Source of the DNA: Actinomycetota bacterium
Lineage (GTDB): Bacteria > Armatimonadota > SYMT01
Direction: 5' to 3'
Length of the DNA: 53,514 nucleotides
NCBI GenBank assembly: GCA_005798285.1
Contig: SYKE01000102.1
Coordinates: forward strand, 1 to 53,514
Part shown: positions 46,601 through 53,514 of the stretch, one piece after another
Layout: every line of letters starts with the position of its first letter
Position numbering within the stretch: position 1 is the first letter of the stretch
The notes under the pieces: model-generated
What the model was told of the DNA's origin: nothing
Databases searched by the model: none
What the model saw: only the letters and a program-made list of their open reading frames with translations
Position numbers and translations under genes: made by a program

Positions 46601-46999
46601 TTCACGGCCACCGACACGGCAGGCAACGCCACCGCGCCCGTGCGGGGGGAAGCGATCGTGGTGGGTCCGAACAATCTGCCCCCGACGGTTCGCACGGTTA
46701 CCATCGCCCCCAACCAGCTCCCGTCGGCGGGCGGCAGGGTGGACTTCACGGCAAACGTTCGGGCCGGCACGCCCACTCCAACGGTAACCATCACGATCGT
46801 GCAGCCGGGAACCCGACCGAAGACGATCGCTACGGTCACCATGAGGAGCAAAGGCTCCGGCAACTTCGCGGGATCTGCGACGTTGAAGAAGAACAACGGT
46901 CGGACTGCCGTTACCTACAACGTCCTGATCACGGCCAAGGACCGCTTCGGGACCGACGGTCCGCGAGAGGTGGGTACGATCACGATCATGCCGAGGTAA
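43688..46999 (+). CDS. Large secreted protein: TolB-like beta-propeller, choice-of-anchor X-like module, IPT/TIG domain, tandem Ig-like repeats
   Basis: Signal peptide; repeated S.DG.RI.F; LEDGGINGDLVAGDGIFT; PVVSALFP..ARRG; C-terminal repeats. Confidence 0.85.
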   Translation: MGNRRLGGVLALPTLLAAALCAHAAPPTARRVRASGAPTIVRQITYSQLTSQENLNVRIGGNRAPVISGAGNRVAYALSSNPNRVFVVDFDGSNNREIDTYAPLVFTDPILSISEDGGTVAISDEVQIRVASADGAVKRTLITLQSNEINQIRLAGNTGKVYFTVYRDTQTTGMAPIQRGIWRINIDGTGLQQVVTPAMVAGTVGLPANNLAFFGDANNCMDVSDDGGRIVFTTRVNAAGDRFSLFTCGGDGSGLIRQNSSEIFIESIAISGNGARIAYKVNYVEFQRLFTCDAAFSSVIQLAGSGEGLVGVGNGVLPSADRQTLSFDGSRLLAGSSGLVFAADGSSAFPLGQRGTDIPGKFRITTEYFESGTMSSDGKRFAYIPPFNFFVADPANFNRFSQVAVAELDAASLGPCPSVTQPQITPPFILRDGSTRATVSAAIAGGLGTIQGNYVQVLSGNKTQEQDIFADPLEDGGINGDLVAGDGIFTHNEVATNRNFTTVALGPRPVRIQCDSRTASGLRRATVLDVAPLEVVTTHPKPVVSALFPRRARRGGEVSPVFLQGTNLFAPSTIKVLLAGTSDPNCVVTNVSVLDGSTLTFTLTLGAGAALGDRVVQVSNLGGDSTTVASALNTFTVTDLPAPPDTDHPAIVDNSVTPTDLTSAGGTVNFTVDVRDNVGAAAAEVRITDPDNTQRTVTLTPVTASIRAQGTLTRFSGSAAFPANTGATRKRHRIAFVAKDAAGNTAGPVNAPSVFVDPSPTPDTDEPSITANTVVPTDLPAGGGNAAFTLDVRDNVGAASAEVRITDPDNNVRTVALSVSASGVRPFGTLTRFSGSASFPANSTIAAKRHRVAFFAKDAAGNTAGPVNGTAVTVAASASPDTDPPAVSENNVDPTDLSFEGGDVTFTADVRDNVEVASAQVRVTDPSGGSQTINLTRLSASITAQGVLARFTGTTTIPANSAETAKRYRVHFTATDTAGNATAPVRGEAIVVGPNNLPPTVRTVTIAPNQLPSAGGRVDFTANVRAGTPTPTVTITIVQPGTRPKTIATVTMRSKGSGNFAGSATLKKNNGRTAVTYNVLITAKDRFGTDGPREVGTITIMPR
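45617..46678 (+). repeat. Three tandem 354-nt (118-aa) repeats; a divergent fourth copy follows
   Basis: CCGGACAC(G/C)GAT at 45617, 45971 and 46325; DVRDNV, VRITDPD, DAAGNTAGPV. Confidence 0.85.
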
Positions 47000-47058
47000 C
47001 GTAGTTCCTTCTGGAACGATCGGCCGGAGCGGAGAGTCTTTGTCTCCGGCGCAGGAAT

Positions 47059-47098
47059 CGAGCACGGCGTGGAGTCATCCGTGCCGTGCTCGTTGTTT
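47059..47098 (+). terminator. Hairpin terminator
   Basis: CGAGCACGGCGTGGA-GTCA-TCCGTGCCGTGCTCG-TTGTTT. Confidence 0.7.
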
Positions 47099-47137
47099 CC
47101 GCGGCCAGGGTTCCGCCGGATTGACGGCCGGGGGTGG

Positions 47138-48472
47138 CTACGGGGAGGACAGTGGCGGAGTCTCCGCAGCCGGAGCGTCCGGGGCACGGCCCTCCCTCAG
47201 GGCCCGGTCGATGCGTTCTTGCAGCGGTGGGTGACTGTACATCCAGAGCACGATCCACTGCGGCGGTCTCGGGTTCGAAAGATTCTGTTCACTCATCTTC
47301 ACGAAGGCGGAAGCCACGGCCGTTCGGTCCGGTGAGAGTCGAAGCGACCAGGCGTCCGCCCGGCGTTCCATGGTTCTGGAGACAGCCGACGTGAGCGGCG
47401 AGCTCAGGAAGTTGGCGATATTCATCAGCAGGAGAAGCAGCGGCAGCGCCGCGAGGTCGTCGAGACTCCGGACTTCCCAACGTTCGCTGCTCCTGGTGAG
47501 CAGGCGCCGCCCCACGCGATCCGTGCCCCAGAGTAGGAAAAACGTCCCCACGCAGGCGGCGGCCAGACCGAAGTAGACGTGTCGCTCAGCGTAATGCCCC
47601 ATCTCGTGGGCCAGCACCGAGAGCACTTCGTCCTCATCGAGCTTGTTCAGCAGGTTGTCCCACATCACGATGCGGGCCGTGCCTCCCACGCCCGTGACAT
47701 AGGCGTTGAGAGAGCGAGTTCGGCGGCTCGCGTCGACCTGAAACAGCCGGGAGTCTGCGATGCCCGCCTGGAGCGCCAGGGATCGGATCTTGGCGGCGAG
47801 TTCCTGGTTGCGGAGAGGTTCGAACCGGTTGAACAGGGGATCAATGAGAATGGGGGTTAGGAGAAACCCGAAGACATAGAGTGGAATGGCGCCGAGACCC
47901 GCTAGGAACCACCATCGGCTCGGGCTGCGACGCATGAGCATGTGGACCACCAGGATCACCGGCGTCCCCACGGCCACGCTGATCAGGAGGCTCTTGGCCC
48001 GATCGCCGAACCACATCCCGAGGGTGTTGGTGGCCAACCCGTACTGGTGCGGCAGGATGAAGCTCGAGTACAGCCCGATCGGGAGCAGCAGCAGACTCTG
48101 TCCGCCGAGGAGCGCGCCATAGAAGGCGGCGGTCCGAAGCACGGGATTGCGGATGCGTGCTTCCACGGCGTCTCGAAGCCGGCTGCTCCAACGAAGACGC
48201 AGCGACGCGGCCAACGTACCCAGAGCGACGCCGGTGATTGCGAAGTAGAGCCCGTACCTCTGGTTGGAATAACGGACCATCCGATCCGAGACGTCGACCG
48301 TCAGACGTCGATCTCCCACGGCAGGCTCGCCGGGGGGCTCATTCACCCGGGGTGTCGTGGAAGCATCGGCTGCCTGGGCAGACGCCGACTGTGCCGAGGA
48401 GCGGCGTGCCAGTACGCACGCCGCCCCCAGAACGGCGCCGGCGAACAACCCCAGCAGCGTTCGCCGTTTCAT
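47138..48472 (-). CDS. M48 (Ste24-like) zinc metallopeptidase
   Basis: NAYVTG, LAHEMGH, ERRAD, YSHPPLQERI; N-terminal KRRTLLG signal-like segment. Confidence 0.92.
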   Translation of the reverse strand: MKRRTLLGLFAGAVLGAACVLARRSSAQSASAQAADASTTPRVNEPPGEPAVGDRRLTVDVSDRMVRYSNQRYGLYFAITGVALGTLAASLRLRWSSRLRDAVEARIRNPVLRTAAFYGALLGGQSLLLLPIGLYSSFILPHQYGLATNTLGMWFGDRAKSLLISVAVGTPVILVVHMLMRRSPSRWWFLAGLGAIPLYVFGFLLTPILIDPLFNRFEPLRNQELAAKIRSLALQAGIADSRLFQVDASRRTRSLNAYVTGVGGTARIVMWDNLLNKLDEDEVLSVLAHEMGHYAERHVYFGLAAACVGTFFLLWGTDRVGRRLLTRSSERWEVRSLDDLAALPLLLLLMNIANFLSSPLTSAVSRTMERRADAWSLRLSPDRTAVASAFVKMSEQNLSNPRPPQWIVLWMYSHPPLQERIDRALREGRAPDAPAAETPPLSSP

Positions 48473-48502
48473 CAATTGTGATGTCCGATCCTGGCTCGAT
48501 GC

Positions 48503-49531
48503 CTAGACGGTGCGAACGACGGTTTCCACCGTACCGCCCTCAATGGATTTGATCGCGGCTTCGATCACTTCCTGAACCGCGAGCCCGTCCTCGCCGCTGG
48601 CTTCGATCTCCTCGCGGGGGGCGCCGGCGCCCACCTGCTCGATCCAGCGGTGGATGCGGTTCTTGAAGGTGGCGTTGAAACCCATCACGCCACCCATGAT
48701 GCTGTTGCGAATGACGGTGAGTTCGTCGCCCCGGCGGGGGAAGAGTGTGAGTTCCTCGAAGCAGTTGTCCAGCACAAACCGCCCCTCGGTTCCCATCACC
48801 TCGCAGCGTTCCAGGTTGTGCTTGGGCGCCGCATCGTAGCTTCCCGTAAGGTGCCCGACGACGCCGTTATCGAACTCCATATTGATCTGCGCGTTCGACC
48901 AGCAAACCCGAGGGGTTCCATCGGCCTTCGGGGCGTGGTTGGCGAAGGCCTGCACCCGCTTCACGTCGCCGCAGAAGAACCGCATGATGTCCACGGAATG
49001 CGGATGCAGCGCTTTGAGGTGGAACCAGGGGGATGTCTCGTTCGGGTTGTCGATCCACATGATCATGTTGATCAGGAGGAGCTGGCCCAGCTTCCCCTCG
49101 TCGATCCACTTTCGGGCCCGCTCGGCGGGGGGCACGAAGCGGTGGTTCAGATTGATCCCGAAGTAGAGCCCCTTTTCGCGGGCAGTGCGGACCATATCAC
49201 GCGCGTGCTCAATGTTGTTGGAGATGGGCTTCTCGCACAGGACGTGCTTGCCGGCGGCGAAGCACTCCATCACCGGCTCGTAGTGCCAGCCTCCGTTTTC
49301 GGGACCTCCGGTGGTCACGGATACGCTGTCCAGGTCTGCCGACTTCAGCAGATCCGCCACGCTGTAGAACGCTGGGACGCCCCAACGCGCCGCGGCCTCG
49401 TCTGCCCGGGCGCGGTCGATGTCGCACACGGCGACCAGTTCGGCTCCGGGATCGTTCTTGTACACGTCGGCGTGCGTGTTGCCGATCGCGCGCATCCCTA
49501 CCACGCCAACTCTTAGCTTGTTGTTGCTCAT
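48503..49531 (-). CDS. Gfo/Idh/MocA oxidoreductase
   Basis: RVGVVGM, AGKHVLCEKP, NHRF. Confidence 0.92.
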   Translation of the reverse strand: MSNNKLRVGVVGMRAIGNTHADVYKNDPGAELVAVCDIDRARADEAAARWGVPAFYSVADLLKSADLDSVSVTTGGPENGGWHYEPVMECFAAGKHVLCEKPISNNIEHARDMVRTAREKGLYFGINLNHRFVPPAERARKWIDEGKLGQLLLINMIMWIDNPNETSPWFHLKALHPHSVDIMRFFCGDVKRVQAFANHAPKADGTPRVCWSNAQINMEFDNGVVGHLTGSYDAAPKHNLERCEVMGTEGRFVLDNCFEELTLFPRRGDELTVIRNSIMGGVMGFNATFKNRIHRWIEQVGAGAPREEIEASGEDGLAVQEVIEAAIKSIEGGTVETVVRTV

Positions 49532-49713
49532 GTCCCCGTGCTTCCAAGACCCATCGCCCCAACGCGCTCGGGTCCTTCCCGAAGGAATCCTCCGGAACTC
49601 ACCTCACTTCATCCGTTCTAAGACGGTTCCCTCCCGAATTGTAGAACCGCACCGTGCGAACACGGCACTCTAATCGATACAGGTACAGTGGTGAACAGAC
49701 GTCTGACGAGGAT

Positions 49714-49733
49714 GTTGTGAGCGATACCACAAC
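49714..49733. promoter_or_regulatory. CRP/FNR-like palindrome
   Basis: GTTGTGA-GCGATA-CCACAAC (TGTGA-N6-CCACA). Confidence 0.5.
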
Positions 49734-49832
49734 CCTACGAGGAACCGAACGGGTTCCCCAGGAGTTTATTCAATACGGGGGCACGATGGTGAGAACCATT
49801 GTGCGGTCCGCTCTGTGGAAGGAGCGACTCCA

Positions 49833-50426
49833 ATGATGATGCCACTGCGAACTGAAGCGGAAGTCGACCGATTGGTCAAGGACAACCGCAAGCTCGTTGA
49901 GTACATGGTGAACCGGTACTTGAAGCGGTTCTACGTCGGTTCCATGGAACGCGACGACCTGGTGTCGTGGGGATTGATGGGACTCGTCAATGCTGCCCGC
50001 GCCTGGGATCCGGCCCGGAGTGCTTCCTTTTCCACACTGGCCTGTCGGGCGATCGAACGGATGATCATTCGTGGGGTAAACCGCGAGTGGCGTCCCGAAC
50101 GGGAACAGGCGACTGTTAGCCTGGACCAGTTGATCTCCGGACAGCACGGCGAGGGAGAGGATCGGTTCGTCGATCAATTGCCGGCGGATGAGGACATTGA
50201 GCGGAGGATGCTCGCGACCGAACGCGAGGTCGCCGTCAAGTCCGCCATCAGCAGGCTGAGCGATGAGCAGCAGGAGCTCCTCCATCGGCATTACTACGAG
50301 CAGGAAACCGTGCAAGACATTGCGCGCCGGCTGGGACTTAGCCGTCAGGGAGTCTACTCTCGAGAGAAGGCGATCTTCCGACAGCTTCGCGCGGAACTGG
50401 AAGACGGCGCCGCAATGGCGGCCTGA
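49833..50426 (+). CDS. Sigma-70 family factor with a FliA/WhiG-like region 2 and region 4
   Basis: DDLVSWGLMGLVNAARAWDPARSASFSTLA; TVQDIARRLGLSRQGVYSRE; AAGGAG RBS. Confidence 0.9.
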   Translation: MMMPLRTEAEVDRLVKDNRKLVEYMVNRYLKRFYVGSMERDDLVSWGLMGLVNAARAWDPARSASFSTLACRAIERMIIRGVNREWRPEREQATVSLDQLISGQHGEGEDRFVDQLPADEDIERRMLATEREVAVKSAISRLSDEQQELLHRHYYEQETVQDIARRLGLSRQGVYSREKAIFRQLRAELEDGAAMAA

Positions 50427-50466
50427 TGAACTGCGCTGAGGCCTCGTGTCCCGCCAACGGGGCTGG

Positions 50467-50498
50467 GCGGGAGGTCCGATCGAACTCGGACCTCCCGC
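50467..50498. terminator. Hairpin between convergent genes
   Basis: GCGGGAGGTCCGA-N6-TCGGACCTCCCGC. Confidence 0.6.
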
Positions 50499-50550
50499 GG
50501 CGCACGCTCAAGTCCGGGTGGGTCGCCTCTTGCCGGCGGTCCCCCGAAGT

Positions 50551-51528
50551 CTATTCGGTCGGCTCCCCGAAGGCAGCAGGTGAACGGAGAGAGTTCAACT
50601 CCTGAACTACCGTATCTGGGAGTAAGATGTCCGCAGCGCCCAGACCCTCCATGAGGTGAGCGATGTCTCCGGTCCCCAGCAGCGGGATGGCGACCGGGTT
50701 GTGCTGGATCAGCCAGGCCAGCGCGATTTGGGTGGGGGTGGCTGTGAGTTCGGTCGCCAGCGCGGACACTCGATCCCTCAGCCTCTGGTTGAGATCTGTG
50801 CCGAAATTCCCGTCCGCGTGGGATCGTCCGGCGAAAAACCCCTGCGCCGTCGGCGTGTAAGCTGCGATCGGCAACTTCTGCTCGCGGTGAAACGCGGCGA
50901 GTTTCGAGGTCACGTAGCGCGTTGTGGGATCGCTTCCGGGCTCCCACCGCGGCACGGCCAGGCTCCACTGGTACTGATTGACCGCGAATCCGCGTCCACC
51001 GACCTTCCGGGCGCAGGCTTCGTATGCCGTCAGCCGTTCGAGTGACCAGTTGCTGGAGCCGGTTTCCCGGACTATACCGTTGAGAACCAGAGATTCGAGG
51101 GCGTCGTGGATCTCATCCACCGGAACCCGCGGGTCGTCGCGGTGGAGGTAGTAGAGATCGATCCGGTCGACTCCCATTCGCTCCATGCTTTCCCGAGCGT
51201 CCGCCTCAATCCGTTCCGGCGAGAGAAATGCTTCTGGACGCAGATACGACTCACCGAATGTGGGATGACCTCCTTTGGTGGCGATGAGAACCTCACTGCG
51301 GAGCCCGAGTCGCTGAAGGCATCGACCCAACTCGCGTTCGCTGCACCCCGCCCCCTCGGGAGCCCAACACGCGTAGCAGTGCGCGGTATCCAGAAAATTC
51401 CCGCCTGCGGCCAGATAGCGACTCAGCACTTCCTCGGCTGCGGCGCCACGCACTCGGGTTCCGAAGCCGCCCAGACCCAACCCGATGTGGGAGACGCAAA
51501 GCTCGGCGCCGACCGTGAGTCGTCTCAT
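50551..51528 (-). CDS. Aldo/keto reductase
   Basis: GGNFLDTAHCY, IATKGG, IDLYYLHRDD, GSSNW, QIALAWL. Confidence 0.92.
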   Translation of the reverse strand: MRRLTVGAELCVSHIGLGLGGFGTRVRGAAAEEVLSRYLAAGGNFLDTAHCYACWAPEGAGCSERELGRCLQRLGLRSEVLIATKGGHPTFGESYLRPEAFLSPERIEADARESMERMGVDRIDLYYLHRDDPRVPVDEIHDALESLVLNGIVRETGSSNWSLERLTAYEACARKVGGRGFAVNQYQWSLAVPRWEPGSDPTTRYVTSKLAAFHREQKLPIAAYTPTAQGFFAGRSHADGNFGTDLNQRLRDRVSALATELTATPTQIALAWLIQHNPVAIPLLGTGDIAHLMEGLGAADILLPDTVVQELNSLRSPAAFGEPTE

Positions 51529-52424
51529 TTCGCTCCCTTCTCATGAGGCGTTTCACTATGGGGTTCACGGTGAGGGTCAACGGATTCCTTTCGAACAATC
51601 CCACCCACCTCGGTCAGGCGAGCAGCGGCCTCGTCCCGATAGTCGCTGTCGATCTCGAATCCGATGCAGAACAATCCGAGCGCCGAGGCGGCGATGGCGG
51701 TGTTGCCGATTCCCATAAAGGGATCGAGAACGGCTTCCACCCGCTCGACACCGTGCAGTCTGAGGCAACGATCCGGAAGGCTGGGCGGAAACGAAGCGGG
51801 ATGGGGCCGCTCTCGGTTTCGGCTCTGGATGGTGGGATAGGGTAGAAACCACGTATTTCCACGGCAGTGGAGGTCTTTTCCAGCTGAGTTCCAGCGAGCG
51901 ACATTCGATTTGTCCCGATACGGAACTCCCACCGCGAGGCGATCCAGCGGCACGTCTCCTCGGTGGGTCAGATGAAACACGTACTCGTGGCAGTCATTCA
52001 CAAACCGCCGGCTGTTGATGGGTTTGTAATGGCCCACAACCAGGTCGTCGGTTAAACCGGGATACCGGCCCACTTCACTTTGAAGGATCGCGATGGACTT
52101 TACCCAGTGAAACACGTTCTGCAGCGTGAAGTGCTGCAGCAGCACGTTCAACACCTGAAAGGGGACCCCAGGATCGGTGGGTTTGGACCCGACGTTCAAA
52201 AACAACGATCCGCCGGAACTCAGCACGCGGGAAAGCTCAGAGCCCCACTCGCCACACCACGCAAGATACTCCTCGCGGGGAGCGCTGTCGTCGTGGGTCC
52301 CATAGCGGATCCCAAGATTGTAGGGGGGCGAGGTGACGACGACATCCACCGAGCATGCGGCGAGGTGGCGCTGCATGCCTCCAATGCAGTCGCCGAGATA
52401 GAGGCAGATTTCGGGGCCTTTCAT
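51525..52424 (-). CDS. Beta-class N4-C/N6-A DNA methyltransferase (orphan)
   Basis: VVTSPPYN, HPASFP, VLDPFMGIGNT, IGFEID; stop overlaps the AKR start. Confidence 0.9.
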   Translation of the reverse strand: MKGPEICLYLGDCIGGMQRHLAACSVDVVVTSPPYNLGIRYGTHDDSAPREEYLAWCGEWGSELSRVLSSGGSLFLNVGSKPTDPGVPFQVLNVLLQHFTLQNVFHWVKSIAILQSEVGRYPGLTDDLVVGHYKPINSRRFVNDCHEYVFHLTHRGDVPLDRLAVGVPYRDKSNVARWNSAGKDLHCRGNTWFLPYPTIQSRNRERPHPASFPPSLPDRCLRLHGVERVEAVLDPFMGIGNTAIAASALGLFCIGFEIDSDYRDEAAARLTEVGGIVRKESVDPHREPHSETPHEKGAK

Positions 52425-52482
52425 CACAGGTCGGAATCCAGCGGAGAGAGGGCCGCCCTCGGCGGCCTTTCCCCGCAGACCC

Positions 52483-52989
52483 CTACTCGGGACCCCAATG
52501 GCGGGCGAAGCAGACGAGCGCACCTCGATACATACAGATCAGTTGGTCGACCCACAGCTCTTCTCGAAGCTCCTCTTCAACCCGCTCGAGATTCATGCGC
52601 AGCGTTTCGTATCCCTGCCGAACCTTGCCGCTCTCCGCGTACTCCATCGCCTCGAGCACTACCCGGTCGAGCGTGTCCAACTCTTGACCGGGAATCGGAG
52701 GGGTGGCGGCGGGGACCAGCTTCTGGTCTGATTCGTCGTCGGAGACCTCCGGCTTGCGTTTCAGCAAGCTTCCAACGGTGCTCCCCACGCCGGAACCGGC
52801 AATCGCTGCCCATTGGATTCCTTTGCCGCGATCCATATTGGTCGCCCAGGTCATCAGTGCCGGGAAAAACACCGGCGCCACAACCACCCAGAGGATCAGA
52901 CGGGACCAAAGCGGATTCTCGAGACGCGAAAGTCCCACGAACGTGGCAAACGCAAGCGCCATGGCGACGAAAACTAAGACGTGAAGCAT
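52483..52989 (-). CDS. Hypothetical membrane protein with a helical C-terminal domain
   Basis: Two or three hydrophobic segments followed by an acidic helical region; start uncertain. Confidence 0.55.
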   Translation of the reverse strand: MLHVLVFVAMALAFATFVGLSRLENPLWSRLILWVVVAPVFFPALMTWATNMDRGKGIQWAAIAGSGVGSTVGSLLKRKPEVSDDESDQKLVPAATPPIPGQELDTLDRVVLEAMEYAESGKVRQGYETLRMNLERVEEELREELWVDQLICMYRGALVCFARHWGPE

Positions 52990-53108
52990 CTCAACTAAAC
53001 TCGATCCGGAGCCGCGGCGCCTGAAGACAACGACATGGTGCCGCAGGAGGATGGATTGAGCAACAGCGGCTTGCAGGAGGGAAGCCGGACCGGATGTAAA
53101 TTGTATGT

Positions 53109-53426
53109 ATGGCAATGGTTCTCCACAGAATTACGGGTGAAGTGCTATACGACCACTCCGAGGAGACCCTGGTGGGAGCCAATCTCAGGGGTATGGACCT
53201 GAGAGGCGCAGATCTTTCGGAGTTGGAATTGGCTCGAGCGGATCTTCGGGATGCCGATCTGCGAGGGGCCGATCTTTCCGGCGCCAGCCTGGCGGGCGCC
53301 CGGCTCAAACGCGTTCGGATGAATGGAGCCAATTGTTCTCGGGCGGACCTGAGCAATGTTGACCTTCGGGATGCTCACGGCGATTTGATTGTCGCTCCGG
53401 ACAGATTCCATTCGGAAGTATGCTGA
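53109..53426 (+). CDS. Pentapeptide repeat protein
   Basis: About 13 A(D/N)L(R/S)x repeats. Confidence 0.82.
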   Translation: MAMVLHRITGEVLYDHSEETLVGANLRGMDLRGADLSELELARADLRDADLRGADLSGASLAGARLKRVRMNGANCSRADLSNVDLRDAHGDLIVAPDRFHSEVC

Positions 53427-53514
53427 AAATGTCGTTTAGCTCTGACTGAGGTCGAAGTTGGGTAGACGTGGAAGAGTCTCCTGAAAACTTCACTCCACAG
53501 GAGCACCTCCATGA

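Noticed and set aside
45617-46678. CRISPR-like or diversity-generating repeats
   Set aside because: Repeats are in-frame protein domains with synonymous divergence; no spacers, cas genes or RT
53499-53514. AGGAG plus ATG at 53511
   Set aside because: Probably the start of a gene beyond the window edge, but there is too little sequence to call

Overview
GC-rich bacterial chromosomal segment, probably Armatimonadota or a similar lineage. This is inferred from two DUF1559/H-X9-DG prepilin-like genes, a fused sugar-binding-protein/permease, an AraR-type GntR-LacI regulator and a SARP-STAND-TPR regulator. It carries about 44 CDS and one tRNA-Met(CAT). Housekeeping genes: cmk, plsC, dtd. Sugar and redox genes: Gfo/Idh/MocA x2, sugar isomerases x2, aldo/keto reductases x2, an enolase-family dehydratase and ABC permeases. 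Other content: PLP enzymes, two sigma factors, two orphan beta-class DNA methyltransferases, an orphan AAA_21-like ATPase, and three large secreted Ig-repeat proteins, one split by a +1 frameshift. I saw no CRISPR array, rRNA, integrase, transposase or reverse transcriptase. The most notable items are a one-chain ZAS anti-sigma/RseB-like sensor, a MOSC gene joined in frame across a single TGA to a DegT gene with no canonical start, an operon of two catalytically degenerate enzymes, a shared CTTGCAAG operator linking the GntR-LacI gene to a DUF1559 gene, SARP-type 11-bp repeats before a large secreted protein, and candidate structured leaders. All family calls come from motif recognition by eye; no database searches were run.
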